This document shows positions 1 to 11,454 of a DNA stretch of 64,000 bases, one piece after another (the stretch's first letter is position 1; every line of letters starts with the position of its first letter). Where the stretch lies: assembly GCA_016870475.1 (NCBI GenBank), contig VGBO01000002.1, positions 17,403 through 81,402 on the forward strand. Reading direction: 5' to 3'. The translations under genes and the position numbers were made by a program. The DNA is from Actinomycetota bacterium (GTDB taxonomy: Bacteria; Actinomycetota; Acidimicrobiia; Acidimicrobiales; CAIXPF01). The notes beneath the pieces were generated by a model. The model saw only the letters and a list, made by a program, of their open reading frames with translations, made no database searches and was not told where the DNA came from.

Positions 1-1765
1 CGAGCACACCGGCGAGGAGCAACGCCACGAACACGACGGCGACGAGGAGCGGCGTCGCGGGCAGCAACACCGTCGCCGCGCCGACGGTGAGCCCGAGCGC
101 AGCGACCTCACCCCTGAACGGCCCACGGGCGGCCGGGGCGATCCCGCCGAGGCGGGTGAGACGGTGCAGGATCCACGGCGCGGCCGCGTAGGCGGTGAGC
201 CCGCGCCAGCTCCCCGTCGCGACGGCCGCGTAGGGCAGCGGGTTCACCGCATAGGCGACCAGCGCGGCGACCCGCCCCCGACGGTGGGTGCCGAGCGTCG
301 CGACGCGCCACACCCCCCACCAGCCGACGGGGAGGAGCCCGAGCACGGCGACGGTGCGGACGAGTCCGGTCGACCCGAACCCGACGACGGAGGAGAGGCC
401 GAACAGCAGGAACCCGATCGGCGCACCGCCGGCGAACCCGGCACCGACCTCACGCCATCCCGACCACCACGTGCGGAGCAGCTCGGTCGGGCCTGCGGGC
501 AGGGGGGCGAACTCGCCGATCACCGGGATGCTGCCGGTGATGAGGCCCCGGCTGCCGAGGAGGAACAGGACGGCGACGAGGCCGACGGCTGCGACACTCG
601 GCCAGCTGACAGTCCGCCGCACCTCCGACGCCCATTCGAGGCCGGCATCGGCGATCGAGTCGCCTTCGATGTCCGCTGCGCGGAGCTGACCGCGTAGGTA
701 GGCGGTGACCCGGGCCGACCCGCGGACCTGCAACCGCCGGACCTCGAGATCGGTGACCTTGCGCACCTTCCGGATCGTCCGTCGCTTCGCCCGGACCGAT
801 CCGAGGCGGCGGAGGTTCCAGGTCCATGCGGCGACGACGTCGCCGGCATGACGCACGCGACCGCGGCCGAGGGCCAGCACGATCTCGACGACGCTGAGGA
901 CCGCCTGCTGCAACACGATGCCGACCGTGTGGAACCAGCGGTAATCGGTGAGGATCATCCGCAGGCGGTGCCGCTGCTGCATGCGCCGACGGTCGTCCGG
1001 CCGCCGGTCCCCCATCGCCTCGACGTGGCGGGCCCGGGCCCCCGGGGCAACGACGACCCGCGCGCCGGCGAGGTGCACCCGCCAGCACAGGTCGGTGTCG
1101 CCACCGTGGAAGGTGATCGCCTCGTCGAACCCACCGAGGGCGCCGAACAGGTCCGCTCGGACGAGCATGCAGGCGTCGGGCGCGTAGAACACGTCCCGGA
1201 CGGCGTCGTGCTGTTCCTGGTCGAGTTCGCCCCGTTCGCACAGCGGGGACGGCGCGCCGAAACGGTCGGCACCCATGCCCACGGCGACGAGGAGCTCCGG
1301 CCGGTGCCAGGAGACGAGCTTCGGGGCGACGACACCGGCGTTGGATCGGAACGCCTCCTCGACGAGGACCCGCACCGCGTTCGGCGCGAGCGCCACGTCG
1401 TCGTGGCAGACGAGCAGGAACGGTGCGCCCTCGACCATCCGGGCGCCGGCGTTGGCCGCCGCGCCGAACCCGATCGGCTGCTCGAGTCGTCGCACGAACG
1501 CCCCGGGGAGCACGGCGGCGATCCGTTCGGTGGGGTCCTCCGCGCTGCCGTTGTCGATCACGAGGACGGCGAGGTTCGGGTAGTCCTGCGCGGCGAGTCC
1601 GGCGAGGACGTCCTCGAAGAACGGTCCCGGGTCGTGGGCGACGACGAGCGCGACGACCGACGGAGCCGCCTCGTCGGGCTGCTCCTCGGGGTGGGCGTCG
1701 TCGCCGACCGTCGTCTCCACGGCGGCCGTCCCGATGCCGCCGAGGTCGGGGTCGAGGGGGGTCAC
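1..1765 (-). CDS. Family-2 glycosyltransferase with C-terminal polytopic membrane domain (3' end runs off the window)
   Basis: I translated the minus frame that is missing from the ORF track. It stays open from GTG at 1765 to the window edge. Motifs: 'VVALVVAHDPGPFFEDVLAGLAAQDYPNLAVLVIDNGS', 'LLVCHDDVAL' and 'FHGGDTDLCWRVHLAG' (GT-A/GT2 hallmarks). Hydrophobic helices follow (LVAVLFLLG, FLLFGLSSVVGFG, LLPVGWWGVW). Confidence 0.8.
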   Translation of the reverse strand, partial: MTPLDPDLGGIGTAAVETTVGDDAHPEEQPDEAAPSVVALVVAHDPGPFFEDVLAGLAAQDYPNLAVLVIDNGSAEDPTERIAAVLPGAFVRRLEQPIGFGAAANAGARMVEGAPFLLVCHDDVALAPNAVRVLVEEAFRSNAGVVAPKLVSWHRPELLVAVGMGADRFGAPSPLCERGELDQEQHDAVRDVFYAPDACMLVRADLFGALGGFDEAITFHGGDTDLCWRVHLAGARVVVAPGARARHVEAMGDRRPDDRRRMQQRHRLRMILTDYRWFHTVGIVLQQAVLSVVEIVLALGRGRVRHAGDVVAAWTWNLRRLGSVRAKRRTIRKVRKVTDLEVRRLQVRGSARVTAYLRGQLRAADIEGDSIADAGLEWASEVRRTVSWPSVAAVGLVAVLFLLGSRGLITGSIPVIGEFAPLPAGPTELLRTWWSGWREVGAGFAGGAPIGFLLFGLSSVVGFGSTGLVRTVAVLGLLPVGWWGVWRVATLGTHRRGRVAALVAYAVNPLPYAAVATGSWRGLTAYAAAPWILHRLTRLGGIAPAARGPFRGEVAALGLTVGAATVLLPATPLLVAVVFVALLLAGVL

Positions 1766-1847
1766 GGCGTTGCAGAGGCTAGCGGGCCTGCGCCGAGGTC
1801 GGTCACGCGCAGGGACGGCGGTAACCTCACGGCGTGGGTGACCAGGC

Positions 1848-3163
1848 ATGTCGCGCAGCACGGACGACCCTCGGCCTCGCGGTGCTCGGGTTGCAGCAGG
1901 CGATGCTGCACCGCCGGTCCGTCGAGGCCGAACTCGAACGGTCGGGGCTCCGTCCCGCCGCAGAGGCGAGCCGACGGGTCGGCGCGCTCGTGGAACGCGG
2001 CCTGGTCCGCCTCGTCGGCGGCGGGACCCGCTGAGCCCCCTCCGCGTCGCCCTCGACGCGACCCCGCTCCTCGGCCGGCCGACGGGGATCGGCACGTTCA
2101 CCCGCCACCTCCTCGAGGCCCTCGGACAGCGCGACGACGTGCGTCCGGTCGCGTACGCCGCGTCGTGGCGCGGTCGCCACGACCTCCCCGCCCGCCTCCC
2201 GGTCGGTACCCGTGCCGTGGGCCGCCCGATGGCCGCCCGACCACTGCGCGAGCTGTGGCGACGACTCGACGCTCCTCCGGTGCAGTGCTGGACCGGCCCG
2301 GTGGAGGTGGTGCACGGGACCAACTACGTGGTGCCGCCCGCCCGACGGGCCGGGCGGGTCGTCACCGTGCACGACCTGACCCCGGTCCGCTTCCCCGAGC
2401 TCGCCACCCGCGACACCCTGCAGTACCCGGACCTCGTGCGGCGGGCGGTGGCCCGCGGTGCGCTCGTGCACACCGATTCGTCCTTCGTCGCCGAGGAGGT
2501 GCGGGACTGGCTCGGCGTCGCGGAGGACCGGGTGGTCCCGGTGCTCCTCGGGCTCGCCCCCCAGCAGGTCGGCGACCCTGCCGCCGGACGGCGACGACTC
2601 TTCGGCGAGGCCGGGTCCGACCGGCGGTACCTGCTCGCCGTCGGGACGGTCGAACCCCGCAAGGACCTGCCCGGTCTCGTCGCGGCGTTCGACGCGATCG
2701 CTTCGACGGTGGACGACCTGCACCTCGTGATCGCCGGCCCCGACGGGTGGGGGGCGGACGCGCTCGACCGGGCGATCGCCGCCTCCCCCGCCGCGGCGCG
2801 GATCCATCGGCTGGGCTGGGTCGACGACGCCGTTCGGGCCGACCTGCTCGCCGGAGCGACCGCTGTCGCGTACCCCTCCCGGTACGAGGGGTTCGGCTTC
2901 GTGCCGCTCGAGGCGATGGCGGCAGGGGTCCCCGTCGTGTGCACCGACGCCGGGTCGCTGCCGGAGGTCGTCGCCGACGCGGCGCTGACCGTGCCCGTCG
3001 GTGACGTCGGCGCCCTCGCCGACGCGATCCTCCTGCTCAGTACCGACGAGACCCGCCGGGCCGACCTGGTCGGCCGGGGCCGGCACCGCGCGGCGGGGTT
3101 CTCCTGGGACCGCTGCGCGGCGGGTCTCGTCGCCCTGTACCGGCGAGCGGCGGAGGAGACATC

Positions 3164-3179
<16 letters not shown>
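1848..3179 (+). CDS. GT4 (group 1) glycosyltransferase
   Basis: Track ORF. Motifs 'RVALDATPLLGRPTGIGTF', 'LLAVGTVEPRKD' and 'PSRYEGFGFVPLEAMAAGVPVV'. The first ~60 codons are Arg/Pro-rich, so the true start is probably near 2030, but no ATG or GTG is present there. Confidence 0.85.
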
Positions 3180-5072
<1,893 letters not shown>

Positions 5073-5076
<4 letters not shown>

Positions 5077-6023
5077 CCCTTCAGCTCGGGGAGCACCCGC
5101 TCGGCGAAGAGCCGGGCCGGGGTGATCGTCTCCCGGCCGAAGAACTCGGCGATGAACATGGTGCAGCCGAGGTCGACGTGCCGGCGGATCTGCTCGACGA
5201 CACGCTCGGGGGTGCCGGCGATCGCGAGGTCGCCACGCGGGTCGCCGAGGTGTCCGCCGAAGATCTTCTCCGCCTGCTGGATCGCCGTCTCCGCCGCCGC
5301 CTCGTCGGCAGCGATGATCACGAGGCACTGCTGGCTGATCGTCACCTCGGCGGGATCACGGCCGATGCGGTCGAGCTCGGCCCGCAGCCGGTCGACCTTG
5401 TGGGGCAGCTCGGCCTGGGTGCCGGCGAGGTTGTTCCAGATGTCCGCGACCCGGGCGGCGAGCGGGATGGTCCGCTGCTCGCCGGCGCCGCCGATGAGGA
5501 TCGGGGGCCGACGCGGCGGCTTGGGAAGGCAGACCACGTCGTCGGCGTGGACGTGGGTGCCGTGGTAGGTCGCGGCCTCCACCGCCGGATCCCACATGGC
5601 CCGGAGCAGGTCGATGGTCTCGGCGAGCTGGTCCATGCGCTGCGCAGTGGGGAGGAACGGCATTCCGAAGTCGGTGTGCTCACGCGCCATCCAACCGGCC
5701 CCGAAGCCGGGGATGATCCGCCCCCCGGCGATCGCGTCGACGGTGGCGACGACCTTGCCGAGGTGTGCGGGGTTCCGCATCCCCGTGGGGGTGACGAGGG
5801 TGCCGAGCTCGACCCGGTCGGTGACCGCGGCGAGACCGGCGAGGAGCGACCACGCCTCGAGGATCGGGATGGTGGGTGACTGCGGGCCGTAGAGGTGATC
5901 GCACACCCACAGCGAGTCGAAGCCCATCGCCTCGAACTCGGTCGCCGCGCTGCGGCTCTCCTGCCAGGACCGCTTGATCTGCGGCACGGTCACGCCGACG
6001 TGGATGTCCGCCACGGCCTGCAC
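5073..6023 (-). CDS. LLM-class (luciferase-like) F420-dependent oxidoreductase
   Basis: 'FDSLWVCDHLYGP', 'LEAWSLLAGLAAVTDRVELGTLVT' and 'GRIIPGFGAGW'. F420 biosynthesis genes are nearby. Confidence 0.85.
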
Positions 6024-6059
6024 CTCTCCCCCGGGCCGGCCGGCCCGTCGGGGCGGATC

Positions 6060-6455
6060 CTAGATGCCGGGCTTGAAGACCATGAGGGCGAGCACCACCA
6101 CCACGAGCAGGTGGCTGACCCCCATGCCCGCGGCGACTCGGGCCCGGCCCTCGGCACCCTTGCGGAGACCGGGGGCGATCACCGCAGCGGCGACGGCGAC
6201 GAGCACCACCCACAGCAGGGTCGACAGGTCGATCCAGAGCTGGCCGAAGCCCCACGCCTTGTCGGAGAGCCCCATGAGTCCCATGCCGAACACCCAGGTG
6301 AGCACGAGCGCCGGGAGGGAGACGCGCAGGTGGAACTTCGCCGCGGCGTCCGCGTCGGCGCGGTGCAGCCGCGGGAGCACGAACAGCGGCCCGAACGCGA
6401 CGACGGCCATGAGCACGTGCAGGATGAGCTGGATCTTGTAGGCGGTGCTGTCCAC
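6060..6455 (-). CDS. Small 4-TM membrane protein (DUF2269-like)
   Basis: The C-terminal part of track ORF 6060..6752 is hydrophobic and protein-like ('VDSTAYKIQLILHVLMAVVAFGPLFVL...'). An in-frame GTG at 6455 lies after the upstream gene's stop. Confidence 0.6.
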   Translation of the reverse strand: MDSTAYKIQLILHVLMAVVAFGPLFVLPRLHRADADAAAKFHLRVSLPALVLTWVFGMGLMGLSDKAWGFGQLWIDLSTLLWVVLVAVAAAVIAPGLRKGAEGRARVAAGMGVSHLLVVVVLALMVFKPGI

Positions 6456-6478
6456 GGGGCCGAACGCTACCGCCGCCG

Positions 6479-7657
6479 TCAGAGTTGGCGGACGTCCGTC
6501 GGCAGACCGAGTTGCATCCGGCCGAGCGGTTCGAGGGTGCGGGGCGCGACCATGCCGTGCTGGGTGGCGACGTGCACGTCCCGGAAGCAGCGCTGCAGCG
6601 GGCTCGATGACCAGATCGCCGACCCGCCGGCCGCCTCGTAGCAGCGGTCGACCGCCTCGGCGCTCCGCCGCATGGCGTTCGTCGCGGCGAGTCGGAGCAG
6701 GCGTCGTTGGGCGTCGGTGAAGGGATCGCCGGCGTTGGCCGCTGCCCAGCACTCACCGACCACGTCGGCGAGGAACGCCCGGGACGAGCGAATCGCGGCG
6801 TCGGCCTCGGCGGCGTCGAGCTGCACGGTCTGCCGTTCGGCGAGCACCTTGGAGGAACCGAACGGCGTCTTCGCCACGGCGACCTCGGCGAGTTCGTCGA
6901 GGGCACGGCGGGCGAGGCCGAGACCGACCGACGCCACGCCGAGGGCGAGTGCCCCGGTGAAGGAGAACCGGTAGAGCGGACCTTCCACCGCCGCCTCGGC
7001 CCGAAGGAACTCGCCCCAACGGCCCTCGGGGACGAACGCGTCGGTGACGGCGTAGTCGTTCGACCCGGTGCCCTTCATCCCCGAGACGTGCCAGGTGTCG
7101 AGGATCTCGACATCGTCACGGTCGAAGAACACGTAGGGGGTACGCAGCCCGTCGGCCCGCGGAGCCGGCGCGCCGTTCCCGTCGACGACGAGCACGCCGC
7201 CCCCGATCCAGGTGCAGTGCGAGGTCCCCGAGCCCCACGGCCAACGCCCCGTGACCCGCAGCCCACCGCCGTCCTGGGGAACGGCGGCGCCCGACGGCAT
7301 TGCGAACCCGCCGGTGACGGCCCGCGGGTCGCCGAAGATGTGCGCACCCCACCGGGGGTCGAGGAACCCCGAGACGAGACCGGAGGTCGCGCCGATCATC
7401 ACGCACCAGCCGGTCGAGCCGTCGTGGTACGCCACGGTCTCGATGGCGTCGAGCACGGCGGCGACGTCGGTCTCGATGCCCCCGTAGACCTGCGGCACCC
7501 ACATGCGGAACACGCCGGTGTCGATGAGGTCGTCCACGAGGTCGTGCGGCAACTGGCGTGCCTGCTCGATCTCGTCGCTACGCGCACCTGCCCGTCGAGC
7601 GACCGCCTCGAGGTCGGCCCGACGAAAGGTGGTGCGTTCCACGGTCGGGGTGCTCAT
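6479..7657 (-). CDS. Acyl-CoA dehydrogenase-fold flavoprotein (monooxygenase-like subgroup)
   Basis: 'VFRMWVPQVYGG', 'GSTGWCVMIG', 'RVTGRWPWGSG', 'WHVSGMKGTGSNDY' and 'RDVHVATQH'. Confidence 0.8.
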   Translation of the reverse strand: MSTPTVERTTFRRADLEAVARRAGARSDEIEQARQLPHDLVDDLIDTGVFRMWVPQVYGGIETDVAAVLDAIETVAYHDGSTGWCVMIGATSGLVSGFLDPRWGAHIFGDPRAVTGGFAMPSGAAVPQDGGGLRVTGRWPWGSGTSHCTWIGGGVLVVDGNGAPAPRADGLRTPYVFFDRDDVEILDTWHVSGMKGTGSNDYAVTDAFVPEGRWGEFLRAEAAVEGPLYRFSFTGALALGVASVGLGLARRALDELAEVAVAKTPFGSSKVLAERQTVQLDAAEADAAIRSSRAFLADVVGECWAAANAGDPFTDAQRRLLRLAATNAMRRSAEAVDRCYEAAGGSAIWSSSPLQRCFRDVHVATQHGMVAPRTLEPLGRMQLGLPTDVRQL

Positions 7658-7717
7658 ACGTGCACGCTACCCCGCACCGCTCACGAACGACGCCCCGTCC
7701 CGGGTAGCGTCGGCGCC

Positions 7718-8644
7718 GTGATCACCGTGCTCGCCGGGGGTGTCGGAGCGGCCCGGATGCTGGCCGGGCTCCGCCAGGTCGTCGACCCGTCGTCGATCAC
7801 CGCGATCGTGAACGTCGGCGACGACGTCGACCTCCACGGCCTGCACGTCAGCCCCGACCTCGACACGTGCACCTACACCCTCGCCGGGGCGATCAATCCG
7901 GAGACCGGCTGGGGTCTCGTAGGTGAGACCTGGCACGCGATGGAGGCGCTGGAGCGCTACGGCGGACTCACCTGGTTCCGGCTCGGCGACCGCGATCTCG
8001 CCACGCACCTCTACCGGACCCAGCGCCGGGCGGAGGGTGCGCCGCTGTCGACGGTGACCGCCGAGATCACCCGGGCCTGGGGGCTGTCGGAGCGGCTGCT
8101 GCCCGTCACCGACGACCGAGTGCGGACGGTGGTGACGCTCACCGACGGCACGCGCCTGCCGTTCCAGGACTACTTCGTGCGGCTCCGGCACGACGTGCCG
8201 ATCACCGGCGTCGAGGTCGAGGGCGCGGCGAGCGCCCGGCCGGCGCCGGGAGTGCTCGAGGCGCTCGCCACGGCGACGACGGTGGTCGTCGCCCCGTCGA
8301 ACCCGATCGTGTCGATCGGGCCGCTCTTCGAGGTTCCCGGGGTGCGTGACGCGCTCGTCGCCCGGCGCGACCGGACCGTCGCGGTCTCCCCGATCATCGG
8401 TGGCGCGGCGTTGAAGGGCCCGGCGGACCGGATGCTGCGGGAGCTCGGCCACGACGTCTCCGTCGTCGGGGTGGCCCGCCTGTACGCCCCGTTGGCATCC
8501 GTGCTCGTCATCGACGAGGTCGACGCCGCGCTCGCCGATGCCGTCGCCGCCGCCGGTGTCCGGCCGGTGGTGGCGCCCACGGTGATGCGCACCCCCGATG
8601 TCGCCGCGGCGCTCGGCCGCACGGTCCTGGAGGTCTGGTCGTGA
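7718..8644 (+). CDS. cofD: 2-phospho-L-lactate transferase (F420 biosynthesis)
   Basis: GTG at 7718. 'VITVLAGGVGAARMLAGL', 'IVNVGDDVDLHGLHVSPDLDT', 'APSNPIVSIGPL' and 'VSPIIGGAALKGPA'. Confidence 0.93.
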   Translation: MITVLAGGVGAARMLAGLRQVVDPSSITAIVNVGDDVDLHGLHVSPDLDTCTYTLAGAINPETGWGLVGETWHAMEALERYGGLTWFRLGDRDLATHLYRTQRRAEGAPLSTVTAEITRAWGLSERLLPVTDDRVRTVVTLTDGTRLPFQDYFVRLRHDVPITGVEVEGAASARPAPGVLEALATATTVVVAPSNPIVSIGPLFEVPGVRDALVARRDRTVAVSPIIGGAALKGPADRMLRELGHDVSVVGVARLYAPLASVLVIDEVDAALADAVAAAGVRPVVAPTVMRTPDVAAALGRTVLEVWS

Positions 8645-9375
8645 GCGATCCCGTTCCCGCTGCAGGTGAGTTGCGGGTCTTCCCCATCCGTGGGGTGCCG
8701 GAGGTGCGCCCCGGCGACGACCTCGGCGGCATGATCGCGGAGGCGGCGATCGCCGAGGGGAACCCGTTGCGCGACGGCGACGTGGTGATCGTCACCCAGA
8801 AGGTGGTCTCGAAGGCCGAGAACATGCTCGTGCCGATCGACGCCGACGACCCGCTCTCGCACAAGCCGCTCGTGGAGCGGGAATCGGTGCGGATCCTGCG
8901 GCGCCGCGGCGAGCTGATCGTCTCCGAGACCCGCCACGGGTTCGTGTGCGCGAACGCCGGCATCGACCTGTCGAACGTGGAGCGCGGGTACGCGGCGCTG
9001 CTCCCCGAGGACTCCGACCGTTCGGCACGACGGATCCGCGACGTGGTCCGCCACCGGTTCGGCGTCGAGGTCGGGGTGATCGTGTCGGACACGTTCGGTC
9101 GTCCGTGGCGACGCGGCCTCACCGACGTCGCGATCGGGGTGGCGGGCATCACCGCGATCGCCGACCTGCGGGGCACCGAGGACGCTCAGGGCCGGGTCCT
9201 GCAGGTCACCGAGGTGTGCGTCGCCGACGAGCTGGCGTGCGCCGCGGAGCTCGTCATGGGCAAGGCGTCCGGTGTCGCCGCGGCGGTCGTGCGTGGGGTC
9301 GACCCGTCGTGGCTCGGTGAGGGCTCGGTGCGCGACCAGGTGGTGCGGAACCCCGCCGAGGACCTGTTCCGCTGA
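8641..9375 (+). CDS. cofE: Coenzyme F420-0:L-glutamate ligase (stand-alone, no nitroreductase domain)
   Basis: GTGA overlap with cofD. 'VIVTQKVVSKAE', 'GFVCANAGIDLSN', 'GVIVSDTFGRPWRRG' and 'ADELACAAELVMGK'. Confidence 0.92.
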   Translation: MSDPVPAAGELRVFPIRGVPEVRPGDDLGGMIAEAAIAEGNPLRDGDVVIVTQKVVSKAENMLVPIDADDPLSHKPLVERESVRILRRRGELIVSETRHGFVCANAGIDLSNVERGYAALLPEDSDRSARRIRDVVRHRFGVEVGVIVSDTFGRPWRRGLTDVAIGVAGITAIADLRGTEDAQGRVLQVTEVCVADELACAAELVMGKASGVAAAVVRGVDPSWLGEGSVRDQVVRNPAEDLFR

Positions 9376-9387
9376 GGCGTTCCCGGC

Positions 9388-10440
9388 TCAGCCGGTGAAC
9401 CCCTCGGGGTGCGAGGACTGCCAACGCCAATGGTCGGCGCACATCGTGTCGATGTCCCGACGCGCCCGCCAGCCGAGCTCCGCCTCGGCCCTGGCCGGGT
9501 CGGCCCACACCGCGGCGGCATCGCCCGGGCGACGCCCGACGACCCGGTGCGGGATCGGGTGACCGACCGCACGTTCGGCGGCGGCGACGACCTCGAGCAC
9601 GGTCGTGCCCACCCCGGTCCCGAGGTTGAACGCCCGGCACCCGGGCCCGAGGCGATCGAGCGCGTCGAGCGCAGCGAGGTGCCCTTCGGCCAGGTCGACG
9701 ACGTGCAGGTAGTCCCGGATGCAGGTCCCGTCGCGGGTCGGGTAATCCCCGCCGTACACGGAGAGGTGCGCGAGGCGGCCCGCTGCGACCTGCATGACGT
9801 AGGGCACGAGGTTGTCGGGGATGCCGTGCGGGTCCTCGCCGATCGCTCCGGACGGATGGGCGCCGATCGGGTTGAAGTACCGCAGCAGCACGACCGACCA
9901 CCCGCCGCCGGCCGCGACGTCACCGAGGAGCCGTTCGCCGGCGAGCTTCGTCTCGCCGTAGGGGTTCACGGCCCGCAACGGCGCGTCCTCGTCGACGGGC
10001 ACGTGGTCCGGCTCGCCGTACACCGTGCACGACGAGGAGAACACCAACCGGTGGACGTCGTGGCGCTGCATGGTGTCGACCAGCGTGCGCAGACCACCGA
10101 CGTTCACGCGCTCGTAGCCGTCGGGGTCGCGCACCGACTCGGCGACGGACTTGCGCGCCGCGAAGTGCAGCACCGCGTCGACGGGACCTGCGGCGAACAC
10201 GGCGTCGAGGCGTTCCGCGTCGCAGACGTCGGCGCGCACGAACACGGGTCGTCGACCGGTGATCGACGTGATCGCGTCGACGGCCCGCTCCGAGGAGTTC
10301 GACAGGTCGTCGACGATGACGACGTCGTGACCGTCCTCGAGGAGGGCGACGACGGTGTGGCTGCCGATGTAGCCGGTCCCGCCGGTCACGAGGATCTGTC
10401 CGGCCACGGACCGAGCGTACCCGTGGCGGGTGGCGTTCAT
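9388..10440 (-). CDS. galE: UDP-glucose 4-epimerase
   Basis: The ATG at 10440 forms an ATGA overlap with the upstream gene's stop. 'ILVTGGTGYIGSH', 'NPYGETKLAGE', 'LRYFNPIGAHPSG' and 'YPTRDGTCIRDYLHVVDLA'. Confidence 0.93.
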   Translation of the reverse strand: MNATRHGYARSVAGQILVTGGTGYIGSHTVVALLEDGHDVVIVDDLSNSSERAVDAITSITGRRPVFVRADVCDAERLDAVFAAGPVDAVLHFAARKSVAESVRDPDGYERVNVGGLRTLVDTMQRHDVHRLVFSSSCTVYGEPDHVPVDEDAPLRAVNPYGETKLAGERLLGDVAAGGGWSVVLLRYFNPIGAHPSGAIGEDPHGIPDNLVPYVMQVAAGRLAHLSVYGGDYPTRDGTCIRDYLHVVDLAEGHLAALDALDRLGPGCRAFNLGTGVGTTVLEVVAAAERAVGHPIPHRVVGRRPGDAAAVWADPARAEAELGWRARRDIDTMCADHWRWQSSHPEGFTG

Positions 10441-11450
10441 TCCCCGTCGGGGAGGCGGGCGGATCGCAGTGCGGCGCCGGGGGCGAGCTCGACGGCGTCG
10501 CCGAGCACGCTGAGGCCGTGCACCGACGCACCGTCGCCCACGATCGCGGCCGGTCCGACGACGCTGCGGTGCACCGTCGACCCGGCGCCGACGCGGCTCC
10601 CCGCACCGAGTACCGATCGGACGACCGTGGCACCGTCGGCGACGACGACGCCGGCGCCGATCACCGCCCGTTCGACGTGCGCCGTCGGCGCGACCGTCGC
10701 CGTCGGGTGGATCCACGAGGCGTCGGGCCCGGTGCGTCGCTGCGCGAGGTCGAGCTGGACCCGCAGGTAGGTCTCCGGCGTGCCAGCATCGATCCAGTAG
10801 GCGTCCGACTCGAGCGCGTACAAGCCACCCTCGGCGACGACGGCGGGGAAGGTCTCCCGTTCCACCGACACCGCCCGGTCGGCGGGGATACGGGCGAGGA
10901 GTGCGGGCTCGAGGACGTAGGTGCCCGCGTTGATCCAGTGGCTCGGGGCCGTCGACGCGTCCGGCTTCTCGATGAACGCCTCGACACGGCCGTCGCGGTC
11001 GATGGGGACGACCCCGTAGCGGGACGGGTCGTCGACGGGGCTGAGCGCGATCGTGCCCTCGGCCCCCGAGCTCCGGTGGAGGTCGACGAGCTCACCGATG
11101 TCGAGGTCGGTGATCACGTCGCCGTTGACGACGAGGAACGGCTCGTCTCCCCGGTCGAGGCCGAGCTCGGCCGCTGCGAACCGGATCGCCCCGGCGGTCC
11201 CGAGGGGCTCGGGCTCGACCGCGTATCGCATGCGCACCCCGGCACAGGTCCCCTCCGGGTAGGCGTCGAGGAACGCCTCGGGCTTGTAGCCGAGCGCGAG
11301 GACGATCTCGTCGACGCCGGCGCGGCCGAGGTGCTCGGCGACCCATTCGATCATCGGTCGGTCGAGCAGCGGGAGCATCTGCTTGGGCCGGTGCTGGGTC
11401 AGCGGGCGGAGTCGTGTCCCGAATCCGCCGACGAGGACGACGGCCCGCAT
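10437..11450 (-). CDS. Mannose-1-phosphate guanylyltransferase-type NDP-sugar pyrophosphorylase with C-terminal hexapeptide beta-helix
   Basis: 'MRAVVLVGGFGTRLRPLT', 'EPEPLGTAGA', 'INAGTYVLE' and 'YWIDAGTPETY'. The repetitive (V/I)G tail resembles mycobacterial ManB (Rv3264c) as I recall it. Confidence 0.85.
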   Translation of the reverse strand: MRAVVLVGGFGTRLRPLTQHRPKQMLPLLDRPMIEWVAEHLGRAGVDEIVLALGYKPEAFLDAYPEGTCAGVRMRYAVEPEPLGTAGAIRFAAAELGLDRGDEPFLVVNGDVITDLDIGELVDLHRSSGAEGTIALSPVDDPSRYGVVPIDRDGRVEAFIEKPDASTAPSHWINAGTYVLEPALLARIPADRAVSVERETFPAVVAEGGLYALESDAYWIDAGTPETYLRVQLDLAQRRTGPDASWIHPTATVAPTAHVERAVIGAGVVVADGATVVRSVLGAGSRVGAGSTVHRSVVGPAAIVGDGASVHGLSVLGDAVELAPGAALRSARLPDGE

Positions 11451-11454
11451 GTCG

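Noticed and set aside
848-3004. Long Arg/Pro/Gly-rich ORFs. Examples: 848..3004, 1827..3530, 3370..4089 (the 5' part), 20027..22216, 25982..28225, 45452..48505, 55331..57202 and 60544..63192.
   Set aside because: Their composition is dominated by R/P/G/A with no recognisable motifs. Each lies antisense or out of frame to a gene with clear family motifs. I treat them as high-GC shadow ORFs.
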